From assembly GCF_009914755.1 (NCBI RefSeq), contig NC_060935.1: a stretch of 64,000 nucleotides of DNA; one strand, written 5' to 3'. Shown piece by piece: positions 14,373 through 30,350 of this stretch. The notes beneath the pieces were generated by a model. That model did no database searches. It was not told the origin of the DNA and worked only from the letters and a program-made list of their open reading frames with translations. Origin of the DNA: the human T2T-CHM13v2.0 reference genome, Homo sapiens. Within the stretch, counting starts at the first letter, position 1. Each line of letters opens with the position of its first letter. The translations under genes were made by a program, and so were the position numbers.

Positions 14373-17300
14373 ATTAATTTACTTAATGGTAAACATTATT
14401 AAAATAAATACTCAAGCAAAGCTTGAAAAAGGGAGTCTTGTTTAATTCCATCCCACCACAATCCTATTCTCTCACCCTCCTATGGCACAGAGATTAGTGG
14501 TAGTGAAGTGGAGAAAGGAGGTTAGAAGTTTCCATGTTATTTCTGGCTATTTCAGTTGCAGCATAGAAAAAAAAAAAAAACACTAACAGTAATAGTTCAG
14601 ATCTTATCTTGATACTAATCTTGATGATTTGTGTATTTTTAAAGACATGAAACCTGTAAATATAATTGGGAGGTAAAGTTTCTTTTTCTTCTATTTGACA
14701 TCATAAAGTTATTTTAACAAAAAGAAAATTTAGTCTAAAAAAAGATTGTGCTCCTAAATTCAAGTGTTCGTCTACTTCTTAAGTCTATAATTTACTAGGC
14801 ACAATGTTGTGACAAGACTAACAATTAGATCATTGTTGCATAAGCGCTATGATAACTTCATGGGCAGTAGAGAGTGCCCAGGGTTTTGGTTCTAAGACAT
14901 GAGTCTTAGTACCACCGGGAGTACTTTTCTGGCTGTGTATCTTTGGACAAACAACTTGACGACTCTGAGCCTCCAGTCATTTTAAATAAAACAGCTACAG
15001 TCATGGTACCACTCCACGAAGCCATTGGGATGATTTAACGAAGTACAATTTGGTGACCACTATGGCACAAACGCTTGGCTTCTGTTGTTTTCCTTTTTAT
15101 TTTGGGGACCCAAGAATAAGCCTTCCTTTTAGCCAATGAAGAAACACCAAACACAAACATTATGTAGTCAGAAGCAACCCTAAAATAGCTACTATATAAT
15201 TAACCCAGTCTTGAGAAGTGAAAACAATTACAGGATTAGAGAAGGAAAAACACACACAATTTTCTATGCCATCTCAAATGCAGCAGCTGAAAGAAGACCC
15301 ATCAAACTCACTTATGGCACCCAGCTGCGTTACTGCATCTTTACAACCCTAAGGATTCCAGATGCGTGGGGTTCACCTGGATCTAGGGAGCCCTTAAACG
15401 AGCTAACCAATGATTTCCTACAAAACAGTGGACTAAATGATCAGAAGAAGAAATGAAAATCACCTGGACAGTTTCGCCTTAAAATAATTGCCAGAAGGGG
15501 TGGGGAAAGATAAGTTTTATAAGTAGTTTCTTGCCGCAGTTTTCTTATTCAAATGCCTCCTGGCAGGCAGTTTTTCCACCCAGTTCTGGTTTTAGTTGAG
15601 TTGCTATGTTTTCCTCTCTAATTCAGACCCTGAGAATGATCTATTGCAAATCCACCTACTCTTCCTCCCAGAGAATCCTTTTATTCATAAAACTACTTTT
15701 TCTTTTTTCCATGAAACTACCTCCATGTTAGCCCTTTGGAGGAATTTAGTGAGGAACTTATCTTCCAACAAATACTTGTTGAAGGCCTACAGCATGCCAT
15801 GCAGGCACCCTTCTAAGCACTCTGGGCACACCAAGGAACGGAGGAAGTCTCTGTCCTCATGGAGCTTATATTCTAGTGAGGGAGACAGACAATGAACAAG
15901 AAACATAAACAAGAAGTAGATGGTACAGTGTGCTAGAAAGTGATAAGTATTATGGCTGAAAACAACGAACCATGGAGCAGTTCCAGGAGTGCTGAGTCGG
16001 CGGCATTGGTGAGAGAAGTAAAAACTTCTCGGCAGCATTGGTGAGAGAAGTAAAAAGTTCCTCGTGTCCTCCCAGCTGTCAGCATTCCAAAGAGTTAGAT
16101 TTCTGTGAAGGCACACAGCCCTTTTCCTGAAACAAGGTTTCATACTGGCAAGTAATGACTTTGTTTCTTTCCCATTCAAACAAGTAATGAAATTTTACAT
16201 AGCAATTTTTACTCTTTTAATTTCCAGATCTGATTGTGTGGAACTACATATTAGGATACCCTGGTTTCTATATCCATTATATTTCATTAAGGCTAATTTA
16301 GCTTCTCTATCTCCAAGTCCTCAATCTTTCCATCTTCCCTTCACAAATAGGATAATTACCAGCTCATGTCCTTTGACGTCAGAACAGTGCAACCACTCTC
16401 TGTGTTTTAGCAATTCAGTTGTAAGACTTTCATTTGATTCCCTGGACCTCATTTGAACTTCCGTGGGTACAATCCTATCTTAATAAAACACATACTGACT
16501 CTGGGAAAAATTGTAAAGCAAGTAAAAATGGGGAGGGAGCTGCTCCACAATTCATTTCTGAGGCTCTTAGCTCATTTATTACAGAAACTTATTTCTCTTT
16601 CCTTCCTGTTGATAGTGCTTAAGTAGTCCCCTGACCTGCACTGCATATCCCCCCTACTCAAAGCTTATACCATAGGTGACATTACCTTGAGGAATTTCTG
16701 TATAACCAAAAAACCAGTGTTTCATCATAATTAATTCACACACAGTTAATTAATACAAAAGAATTTTTTTTATTTTTAGCAGGGAAGTGAGTTTCTGGCT
16801 TCATCTTAGCCAGCTTTTTCTCTCCAGGGCTTAATACATGTTAGTGCACATATACATTTGATGGATGAATGAATGAAAGAGAAATATTAATATATGAAAA
16901 TGTAATCCTGACAGAGGGAAGGAAACAATATCTGTTTTGTATTTAATTGGTTGAAAATAGTATTGGGACCATATTTCTCCCAGGACCTTCTGCTTCATCC
17001 CCCTCTTCATGCATCCTTTTCTTTCACAGTGCTCTGTTTGTCTTTTTGTCTGCCTGTCTCTGCCACTGGACTCTGGGATCCTTGAGATGTTAGATACGTT
17101 TAGCGGTTTTATCTCCTGTCACTAATATTTGGGTTGGGGGAACACTTATTTCCCCACTACTTGTTTCCAGCCAGATAGGAGCAGGAATTTCTATTCTCCT
17201 CCTCAAAAGAGAAAAGCATGAGTGGAGCTTGTGATGTCTCTCTAGGTGCTGCCTCACTCCTCTCCAAGTGGCTTACTTCATTGGAAAATGTGGGAGAAGA

Positions 17301-17516
17301 AACCATCATACTCAGCTCATCACATCTGCCTCTCCTTTTGGACCTGGCCTGCCTGCAGGGCACCCATATTCTCTGCAACTATCATGGGGTAAATGTATGG
17401 AGGGGGCTGGAGCGTGAAGGGGTTGTACTGCTCTTCTAGGGCCTAGAAGAGGTGGGTGGGTAGATGAGTCTGCCTAATCCAGTAGTAAAGTCTTAGGTGG
17501 CCCATTGAGGATGCCA

Positions 17517-18320
17517 TTTTTGGAATGATGGCACTGAGGCCTGGAGTGCTTATATAACTTTGCCAAAGTCACAATGAGCAAGTGACTTTGCTTAGATTTG
17601 AACCTAAGCACTTTGGTTATAAACCCAAACTCTTGAACACAATGTCCTATTTCTGTTTTGTTTTTTGTTTGTCTTGTTTTAATTATTTCCACATTCTCTA
17701 ATCAACCTTACCAAATAAGCTGTTTTACATCTCTGTCAGATTCCTGCATCTACTCTTGAATGCAACAGCTAGCACAGGGCCGGCCTGGCTCATAATATGC
17801 ATTCAAAAATGGGTGACTTTAATGAAGTGATATTATCAGAGTCCTTGTGATGCTTGAATGAAAAAGTGAAGAATGAGCTAGATCACGGCAAGGTCACTCC
17901 GATGCTTGAAAAAATGTAGAGTCAGCTCTCATCCCAAAACTCCAGGAGTCATTAATTTCTTTGATACTTTAGAGAATAGAATCAGGCGAGGGTGAGTTGA
18001 AAATGTCTAACATTGACTCTTTGTTTCCTGTCTCCACTATACCATTCATGTGTGTAACCTGAGCTGGGGTACATCCCAGCAATACTTGATATCTTTATCC
18101 TAGGAATTTCTTCTGAAAGTGTAAACTATGGGTCTCCACTTGAGCAAGATCATCTTCGGAAAAAATAAAAATAGAAAAAGAAGAAATAGGGCATTGTGTT
18201 CAGGAGTACGGGTTCTATAACCAAAGTGCTTAGGTTCAAATCTCAGCAAAGTCACTTGCTCATTGTGGCCTTGGCAAAGCTATATAAGCACTCCAGGCCT
18301 CAGTGCCATCATTCCAAAAA
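17517..18320. repeat. Inverted repeat with ~138-bp arms (17517-17654 and 18182-18320), MIR-derived
   Basis: Manual alignment gives about 9 differences (~93% identity); spacer ~527 bp. Confidence 0.95.
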
Positions 18321-19741
18321 AGTAAAGACATGTCTTAGAACAGTTATGCAGATGATATAAAGCAATCTATATAAAGTATTTAATGTAATAAATAATATAT
18401 AGGTGCTTGATAAGTGCTGGTGCCCTTATATAAGATTGATAATTTTATTACCTTCTTTTAGAGAGTACCAACACATGTAAGGCTGCCCAGGATGCTGAAA
18501 AATCCTGCACTACAGAAATGCATTCAACCTTGTTCAGTGCAGAACCTCTCAGATGAATTTCACCAAAAGCTCTTTTTTAAGGGGTTTTAAAATTATTCTT
18601 AACATCAAGACGAACACTTTGGGCCACACTACCACAGGTCTGTGAATTTAGCTGAGGGCAACTCACACCCCTAGTGGCCATCAAGCCCTAAAGGAAGATG
18701 CAATTCAGAAATATACCCCCATTTGGCTGGTGGGTCACTTCTGAAGTCTGAGTCCAGCTTCCCTTCACCATCTGTCTTTTAATGTCCAGTACTAAGCACA
18801 GGCCTTAGTTAATTGAACATGCAAAGTGGAACCCACAGGCAATGATCTCAGTATATATTTTGACTCATCATCCAAAGAAATCAGAGATGAAAGCAACATC
18901 TAATGGCTGAGAATACATAAATAGCCATTTCCACTCACTTTCAATTACCCTGCAGAGGAATCTGGTCACAGATGAGCTCAGTAAATTCACAATATGTTAT
19001 CCTCAATAGCTAAGCTGAGCAAAATCACCCAATTTGTTAGAACATTAATCCTCTAAAAGCCTGCCAACCCTAATCATTTTATGGCTTCACATTGCTTAAT
19101 GGTAAAGATAAGAGGATCCCCAGGGATGCCCAGGTGTGACCTTCAGTGAGTCAAGTGCAGACAGTCTCCTGAGAATGTAGATGGATATTGTATGGCCTAA
19201 ATATCCAGCCTATAGCTAGTGTGGTCAGTGTTCTAACTCTCCTCTGCACTATGTGCCTTTCACAGTCATCCTGGAGGAATTTCCAGTCCTTTGAAACTGG
19301 GGATTACAATGTATTTATTTCTGAATCCCCAATGATTGGCATAATATCAGATACCTGGAAGTCACACATTTAACAAATATTTGTTAAATGAAAAATCAAA
19401 TAAGTGATAGTAGGCAGTTACCTTCAGCAAATACACTCACCATACATATGTACATACATAAAGGATGGGGTTCTTTTTTATATTTCTCAATCTGAACTGG
19501 GAGGTGAAGTCTCTCTTTGCTTGATTCTACCTGTGAGGGGAATCGTTCTGAAGTGCTGATACCTTAAGAGCACAACTGGCAGAATTGTGGAAAGCACCAT
19601 AATCTACAGGTTTAAATCTTAGGTCTGTCTCTTAGTAGCTGTGTGACTTTGGGCAAGCTTTATTCTTTCTGTGTCTCAATGACCAAACTGTCAGATAGGA
19701 GTGATAATCAAGGTTGTCATGAGATAGGAATAAATTATATG

Positions 19742-20137
19742 CAGCTATGCATCACATAACAATGCTTCTGCCAACAACAGACTGCATATGCAATTATGGT
19801 CCCACAAGATTATAATGGAGCTGCCCTATACAGATATACCATTATTTTATCTCTTGCGCTGTATTTTTACTGTATTTTTTCTATGTTTAGGTATGTCTAG
19901 ATACACAAATACTTACCATTATGTTACAATTGCCTACAGCATTCAGTTTAGCAGCATGCTGTACAGGTTTGTAGCCAAGCAGCAACAATAGGCTGGACCA
20001 CCATATAGCCTAGATGTGCAGTAGGCTATTACTATCTAGGTTTGTGTAAGTACACTCTATGATATTCACATAATGATAAATGTGCCTAATAATCCATTTC
20101 TCAAAGGACATTTTCATCATTAAATGATGCATAACTA
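19742..20137. mobile_element. Tigger3/MER7-type DNA transposon deletion derivative
   Basis: Degenerate TIRs 'cagctatgcatcacataac' and 'taaatgatgcataacta'; internal 'ggtcccacaagattataatggagctg' and 'ctaggtttgtgtaagtacactctatgat'. Confidence 0.85.
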
Positions 20138-20210
20138 TATATATAAAATATATATGTGTGTGCACACACACAAATATCTGTATGCAGCATGTGTCTTTAT
20201 ATATGACATA

Positions 20211-20213
<3 letters not shown>

Positions 20214-20260
<47 letters not shown>
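20214..20260. repeat. (TA)n microsatellite
   Basis: About 23 perfect units. Confidence 0.97.
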
Positions 20261-20264
<4 letters not shown>

Positions 20265-20316
20265 GAAATGTGTAGTACACAATGAACACAATATAAGCCT
20301 GGGCTATTACTGTTGA

Positions 20317-20740
<424 letters not shown>

Positions 20741-21763
20741 TAAAACTCACTTCTCACAATGTAAATGCAGCATGAGGAGCTAAAATCCTGACAAGGGATA
20801 GCATATATTTGTCTGGCCTTTCCCTCTACTCAGATTTCTCTGGGACCTATAGAAGTGTTGTCTGGTCAAGAATATTAGTTACCATATGACAGACTTTTGC
20901 ACTTTTGCCTTCCCTTTTCTTCATCCTGGGGATATCTCATCACATCACCCACTGCTCAAAGGGCATGATAAATTCTAGCCAGGCAAAGCCCCCATCGCTG
21001 TACCAAAGGAGCTATATTCTCCTCCTAACCTAAATAGTGAATCAGTGTAACATAAACTTATATGACTAGTAAAATGGTTGCTGCTAGCTGACCAGCGGTC
21101 CTGTCAGGGAGTCATGCATTGTCGTGGTCTTTCAAATCAACTTAAGGTATGAATTATACACAATAAAGTGCACCTATTTCTTATATTTATATGTGAATGA
21201 GATTTGACAAATGTATAACCTCTATAACTACCACAGTCATCAATACATTTCCATCATCCCAAAAAGTTCCCTTGTCCCCTTGGTAGCAAATTATCGCCAC
21301 CCTAGTCCCCAAGCAACCACTTATCTGTCACTTTAGTTGAGTTTTGTCTTTGCTAAAATTTCGTACGTTTGCTTTTGTGTATTTTCTTTCATTCAGTTTA
21401 TTTTTGAGTCATTTATGTGTTACATGTTTAAGTACTTTGCTCTTTTTTATTGCTAAGTAGTAATCCAGTGTGTGAATATACTATAATTTGTTTATTTATC
21501 AACCTAGTCATAGACATTTGAGTTGTTTGCTTTTTTTTTTTTTTTTTGGCTGTTATGAATAAAGCTGCTATGAACATTCATGTAAAATTTTTTATGTGGA
21601 CATATGCTCTCTTTCTCCTGTGTAGATTCCTAAACAGCATTGCTGGTCCTATGATAATTGTATTTTAACTTTATAAGAATATGCCAGACTGTTTTCCAAA
21701 GTGTTCTATCATTTTATATTCTCATAACTAATTTATGAGTTACAGTAGCTCCACATTTTGTAA

Positions 21764-22138
<375 letters not shown>

Positions 22139-23922
22139 CTCATTGTGTTTTAATTTGCACTCCCTGATGATTAGTGATGTTCAGCATCTTTTCATGTGCT
22201 TATTGGCCATTTGCATATCTTCTTTCATGGTGAATCTGTTGAAATCTTTTGCCCATTTTCTACTTGGGATTTTTTTATCTTCTCATTGAATCCTAAGGTT
22301 CTTTTATGTTTATATACAAATCCTTTGTCAGATATACTTTGAAAATATTTTCTCCCAGTTTGTATTTGCCTTTCCATTCTCTTAATGGTCTTATGAGCAG
22401 AATATTTTAATTATGATAACGTTCTATTTTTCCATTTTTTCTTCATATTCCATGCTTTCTATGTGCCTAAAACATCCATGCCAACGCAAAGTCACAAATA
22501 TTTTCTGATATTTTTCTTCAAAAAATGTCATAAGTTTAGCATTATGTTTAGGCCTATAAGCCATGTCAAATTACTATGTAAAAAGAGTATGAAGTAAGGT
22601 GTGTGTGGTGTTCATTTTTTTTAATGGATAACCCAGTTGTTCTAGCATCATTTGTGGAAAATACTGCGTGAAAGGCAATTCTACACAAAAGCACACACAC
22701 ACCATCTTCTGTTCATTGATTTATTTGTCTATCCTTACATGAATATTACATTGTGTTTATTATTTTAGCTTTTATAAATTTTAAAAGAAGGTAGTATAAA
22801 TCCTCCAATATTGTTCTTGTTTTTCAAAATTGTTTTCGTCATTCTACGTTCTTTGCATTTCCATATAAATTTTTGAATCAATTGACAATTCTAAAAAAAA
22901 AAAATCATGCTGCAACTGAGGTAAAACTCTACATCAAGTTAGCGGGAATTGACATCTTAGCAATATGGAGTGATCCAATCAGTGAACATGGTATATCTTA
23001 CCATTTATTTGGCATTCTTTCATTTCTCTAAGCAAGGTTTTGTAGTTTTAAGGTTTTACAGTGTACATTCTTAATACCTTTTGTTAAATTTATCTCTAAT
23101 TATTTTATCTTTTATGCTAGGCTAAATGCAATCACTTTTATTGCATTTTCAGTGATTCATTGCTAGTACATACAAATACATTTTTTTTGTCTATTGCTTT
23201 GTATCCTGTGACCTTGATAAATCCCTTTGTTAATTCTAGTAGCTGTCTTTTAAATTCCTTAGTTTTGTGGATACATGATCATGTCATATGTGAATACAGA
23301 CAGCTTCACTTCTTCCTTTCTAATTTGTATACCTTTTATTCTTTGCGTTGGTTTTTGCATGAATTAGAACCGTGGTCTAGGACCCTTGTAATGTTAAATA
23401 GAAGTGGTAAAAACAGACATACTTGTTATACTCTCAGCCTTAAAATTGAATCTTTTATCATTAAGCAGGATGTTAGCTGTGTTTTTTTGTTTGTTTGTTT
23501 TTTGTAGATGCCCTTTATCAGGTTGAAAAGATTCCTTCTATCCCTAATGTGCTGAGATATTTTACCATGAATATGTGTTGTATTTTGTCTAATGCCTTTT
23601 CTGCATCTAATGATGTTCATATAGTTTTTCTTCTTTATTTTATTGATATGGTGAATGGTAATGATATTAATTAGATATTTAAGGTAAATCAACTTTGCAA
23701 TCCTGGGATAAATCTTCTCCATTCTATGTCATTTCTTTAATGTACTGCTGGATTTCATTTGCTTATAATTCAGAGTAATTTTGTGTCAATGTTCAGGAGG
23801 GACATGGGTCTATAGTTCTTTTGTAATGTGTGCAAAGTCATTTGTGGAAAAGACTGGGTTCAAAGGAAACTCAACACCACACTCACACACAGAGGTCTGG
23901 TTTTGTTATCAGATAAGTCTGA

Positions 23923-24311
23923 TGCTATGGTTTAACTTTTTGTTCCTTTCAAAATTCGTGTTGAAATTTAATACCCAATGCAACATTAGTGGAAGGCATG
24001 GCCTTTGGGAGGTGATTGATTAGGTGCCCTTATAAAAGAGCTTGACAAACCTAGCCTTGTTCACCAAAAACTCATTCCTTTTTGCCCTTCTACCTTCTGC
24101 CATGTGAGAACACAGCATTCTTCCTATTCAGAGGATGAAATGTTCAAGTCATCATCTTTGAAGGAGAAACCAGACCCTCACCAGATGATGAACCTTCCAG
24201 CACCTTGATCTTGGATTTCCCAAACTCCAGAATTGTAAGAAATAAATTTCTGTTCTTTATAAATTACACACTCAAGTATTCTGTTACAGAAGCATAAAAC
24301 AGACTAAGACA
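23923..24311 (+). mobile_element. MST-family MaLR LTR
   Basis: Starts 'tgctatggtttaa', ends 'cagactaagaca'. Confidence 0.85.
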
Positions 24312-27300
24312 GTTGGCTTCATAAAGCAAGTTAAGTGTTTCTTCTGCTGCTGTTTTCCAAATAAGTTTGTATAAGACTCATATTATTCATCAAATATTTT
24401 ATGAAATTCACCAGTGAAGCAACCTAAAAAATTGGTAGTTTTGTGGGAAATCTTTTAATTTTTTAATACAATTTTTAAAATAAATATATATAGGACTATT
24501 CAAATATTCTATTTTTACCTGTGTTAATTCTGGTAATTTATACTGTTCAAGAAATGTTTATTTCACCGAAATTATCTTTTTTTGGCATAAAGTTGTTTAT
24601 AATATTTCTATTTTCCTTTTTATGCTTCAGGGTCTCTAGTGATGGGTTCTCTTTTATTCCTGATACTGGTCATTTCATTTGTATCTTTTTTTTCCTAATT
24701 ACTCTGGCTGGAGGATTATCCATTGTATTAATCTTTTCAAATAATCATCTTGTGGTTTTATTAATTTTCTCTGTTTTCCACTTTCTATTTAATTATTTTC
24801 GGTTCTTTTCTGTATTATTGTTTTCCATCTGTTTACTTCGAGTTTTATTTGCTCTATAGTGTACAATATGCATTGTCTTAAAACAGAAGCTTAAATCATA
24901 ATGTATTTATTCTGATAATATTTTTTGTTCTGAGTCTACTTAAATGTTAATGCAATCACTCTTTTAATTAGGCATTTTCAGGGTTTTTTTTTTCATTCTT
25001 TACTTTTAACCTAAGTTTCTTGCAGTATCAGAAAATTGAATATTGCTTTTTAAAAAATCCAATCTGACAATCTTTGACTTTTATTTAGGGACTTTAGGCC
25101 ATTTACATTTTATGAATTATTAATATAGTTGGATTTAAATCTGTGATCATGCTGTTTATGTTTGTCTGGATAACTATTTTCCCTCTCCATTTTTGAGGGA
25201 TAATTTTGCTTAATATAAAATTCTCGGTTAACCTATCTTTTTTAGTCTTCTTTCAGTACTTTAAATCTGTTGTTTTATTATGTATTGGCTTGTCCCATTT
25301 CTGACAAAAAAGTCTGATATCATTCTTATCTTTGTTCCCTTTTACATAATATAGAGTTCTCTTTTCCTCTGGCCATTTCTAGGATCTTTATCATTGGTTT
25401 TCAGACATTTGATTAATATATGCCTTGGTGGATTTTTTGTCTGATGTTTGTATGATTGTATATTAATTTTATGATTTTTATCCAATTCAGAAATTCTTTT
25501 TCTTTATATTGATTTTATGATTTTTATCCAATTCGGAAATTCTCTTTATTTAATCTAATACTTCTAAAATCCCCCTTTTTTCTTCATGGATTTTAATTAC
25601 ATAAATGTAGAGCACTTGAAATTATTCCAAAGACTTCTGAGGCTCTGTTTATTTATTTTGCTACTTTTTTTTCCTTTTTCTGCTTCCATGTGGATAGTTT
25701 CTATTGCTACATTTTCAATTTCACTGACCTTTTATTCTACAGTATTTAATCTATTATGTCCCTCCTGCAATATTTTCACTTTCTATATTGATTTTTCATC
25801 TCTGGGAGTTCCATGTGCTTCAATTTTTAAATATTTATTTCTTTCCTCACTAACTTCATTTTAAAAAAAATTCTTGAGCATATTTGTTGCAGCAATTTTA
25901 ACAAATATTTAAATCCAGTGTATGTTAATTCCACTTCTGTCATTTCTAAATTTGATTCTACTGACTTGTCTTTTTCCTGGTTATGAGCCATACACTTCTT
26001 CATGTGTCCAGAAATTTTTACTGGATGCTGGGAATTGTGATTGTTACACTGCTGAGTGTCCAAATTTTGTTGTCTTCCATTAGAGTGTATTTAAGTTTCT
26101 TTTGGAAGGCAATTAAATTACTTGTGGATCAACCTAGTCTTTTTGAAGCCTGTTTTTAAACTGTTAAAAATGTCTAGAGTAGCTTTTCCCTTAGGGTTAG
26201 TCTAGCCTACTACTAAGGTATAAGTCTTCCAGGGTCTGTATTTAATGTTTAATGAGGCCTCATCACTTTGGCCGGTTGGAACTCAAGGAACTTTCAGTCA
26301 AGTATGTTCTCTGGAAATTGCTTATTTTGCAGCACCCTAGTGGTTCCTTGCTTGGCATAAAGTTTTCATCCTTAGCATGCATAGCTTAGTTTTCAGCAAC
26401 AGACTCAAGTGGACCTATATGCAAATTTCTGGTGCCCTTTCTCTGCATGGCTCCCTACTCTCCAGTTTCCTACTCTACAAACTACAGCTACCTCAGCCTC
26501 TTCAACCTGTAGTTTCTATGTCTTCAACACAACAAGACCACTGAGTTCTGTTTGGGTTCTCCTGCTATGTGCTGTCCCTAAAGTACAGAAAGCTGAGATC
26601 ATTTTAGGGCCCACATTACTGATTTACCTTCTCTCAAGGATCACAGCCCTGTACTACCTTTCATCCAAAGTCTGAAGACAGTTGTTTAATACATTTTTGT
26701 ACAATTTTCTAGTGTTTCTGGTAGGAGGCCAAGTCCAATTTCAGTTACTTTATGGAAGTCAAACACTGGTTTGATTGCTATTATACTCTAGGCAAAATGG
26801 TTTCTGATTTAAGTAAAAGTCACATTAATCTACAAAAGACAACCTTCTCCTTCAAAGACCATAATAATCTCTTTTTATCATTAAACAGACTTTGAGGAAG
26901 AGCAAAGAACAAATGGTCAAAGACGGTTGTTTTGGCAAGGTTTTCATAATAAAGTTTCTCCACCCTTTTCATTTAGCAGCAATCTCCTGCCTAACCACTT
27001 TTCCTCACCTCCATCCTTGGTTCTGGACTCCCATGTAGCACACTTTGCTCCTACTTTTTTCAAAATATCTCTCTACAGAATTTCTTGCCTAATTATCCAT
27101 CTGTTCAGCCTCCAACTCCCCATTCAGGGACTATGTAGATGGGCTCCAGCAGTGGTGGGGAGACTAGCTCAGGGTTTATTGCTTTTTATCAAGGTAACAC
27201 CTGTTCTTTTCAGCAAATGCCTTCCGGAGACAATAGTTCTGCCTTTCATGTTTAACCCAAAAGAAAACAGCTAATCAATAATCACTCCTCTTGGCCAGTC

Positions 27301-28144
27301 ATTGAGACTAAACATTTTAATCAGATGAGGCTTTAAAATAAGTCTCCAGGAAGACAGTTAATAGAACTGGAGAACCTTTAATATATATCTCTCTCCTTCT
27401 AGTATCTGGAAGAGCAACAGAAGGAAGCATTCAAAACAATTCCTACCTAATTGACCTCTGAGGTTGATGCAGTTGTACGTGGCAAGGATGTACAGGTTGT
27501 TTTGTTTTGTTTTGTTTTACGATTTTAAGTATTTCATTGAATGGAATGTTTGGATTCATTTATTTATTAATGCAAGAAATGTTTATTTCACTCTTACTTT
27601 GTTTCACCTGCCTTGTGCTAGCCATTCCCTAATGATGAATTGATATGGTTTCTGTCACCAAGGAGCTCACAACCTCTTGAAGGAGCAAAACATAACAGGA
27701 TCATTATAACATAGTGTGAGCTCATTTGATAGAGACATGCTTAGAGAGCTATATGAGCACAGAAGAGAGATTAATTCTCCATGCTTCCCATGACCGGGCA
27801 CCATTTCAGTAATAGCTTATGGACAATATACCTGAGTTTCTCAGTATTGAGATGATAGTTTTAAACTAGTAATGTTGTAAGAGATATGAGGAACAGTGAA
27901 TGAAACTTTACAAAATGAAATGGGTGTCTGTAGGGCCTGTGAGGAACTGCTGATTTAAGGCTAAGGGAGGATGTCTTCATGCTCAATGCTCAGATCATTA
28001 TCAGAGACAAAGAAATAAGGCAAGAGAGCAGATTTGATGTAGTTAATTGGATGAGGGAGCAAGCCAGAACTCTGTTGGAAGGCTGAGTTATGATAGCCAA
28101 CAAAGGAGAAATAGAATTGACTAAGAAGCATGTTCTTTATACAG

Positions 28145-28330
28145 CAGTAATGCCTAACCTGAGATCCATGAGTAGGCTTCAGATGTATTGGAGGAAAGGA
28201 ACCTCCCCATCCCTGAAATTGTCTTCACATTTTTGGATGTGCGCACATTTGCATTTTTCTGGGAAAATGTTCCATAGCTTTGATCAGGTCATCAAAGTGT
28301 CACACAGCCCCTAAATATTAAGAACTACTG
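28145..28330. mobile_element. hAT-Charlie MITE (MER103-like)
   Basis: 'cagtaatgcctaacc' ... 'ttaagaactactg' termini; internal 'gcatttttctgggaaaatgttccatagctttgatcag'. Confidence 0.6.
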
Positions 28331-28638
28331 CTGCATAGTAACTTATCGTGTAATGGCAATGAGTTATAAAACCAAAAGCCTCAAATTTGAGACCTGCATC
28401 CTCCATGTTCTAGTTGTGTGACCTTGAACATGTCCTTTTATTCCTCTATGCTTACACTTATCATCTGCCTACCTTGTGGAATTATTGTGAAGGTCAAAGG
28501 GTTTCATGAAATAAAAAGTGCTACACAGTTGTTATCTACCAAGACAACAATTGACTTAAATAAATGCAAATACAATTTATTGGAAGTTCCTTATTACTCT
28601 TTTAAATATGGTAAATCCATTCTAGAGGTTAATACCTA

Positions 28639-28641
<3 letters not shown>

Positions 28642-28681
<40 letters not shown>
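28642..28681. repeat. (GT)20 microsatellite
   Basis: Direct reading. Confidence 0.97.
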
Positions 28682-28684
<3 letters not shown>

Positions 28685-29501
28685 CTTCCAAAAAATTTTC
28701 AGTGTGAAAGTTTTCAAGCTTACACAAAAGGAGATAAAATTGTATAAAGAACTCCCATGTACTTCTCATTGGTTTCATAATATCAACATATATCCAATCT
28801 GGTTCACCTATAATCCGATCTCCTCCTCTTTCCCTCACTGGGCTATGTTGAAGCAAATCCAAGACATCATATTATTTTATCTACACATTGTTTAGGATAT
28901 TTCTTAATAAATAAGGATATTCCTTAATAATTCCTTAATAAATAAAAATTCCTTAATAAATAATTTCTTTTGTTTCAAAATGAAATTAAGGAATTTATTA
29001 AGGAATATCCTATTTATTATTTATTAAGGATATTTATATTCCTCAAGGAATATTAAGGAATAACTATTAAGGAATATTTCATTTTGAAACAAAATGAAAT
29101 TAACATTTTTGACATAACAACAATACCATCATTACACAGAAATATTAAGTAAATCCTCAACATCATCAGTGTTCAAATTTCCCTGGTTATTTTCTTGAGG
29201 CAGGATCCAAACAAGATTCACACTGAGCTTTTAGTTGCTAGGGCTCCAGATGTTAACTCAATCCCAACTTTTCCAGATTCTCCCATCTAGGGCCCTAAAT
29301 ACTCTTCCTTTGCAGCTCCTAAGCCAGCATGTAACATGCTGGAGATTATAGCAGCAGCCTCAGCCATCAGCAGTTGGATCCAGGAATGATTTTTGTTGTC
29401 AAAACCCTTATCAACAGAGATCGGCCTGATTTTCCTTTCAGCTTCTGCTTTGATTTCTCTGAAGAGCTCCTGACTATTTGACTATTGTTTTCATGACTAT
29501 A

Positions 29502-30350
<849 letters not shown>

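Noticed and set aside
28893-29105. CRISPR-like or satellite array
   Set aside because: Mammalian DNA, irregular spacing, mixed orientation, no unique spacers.
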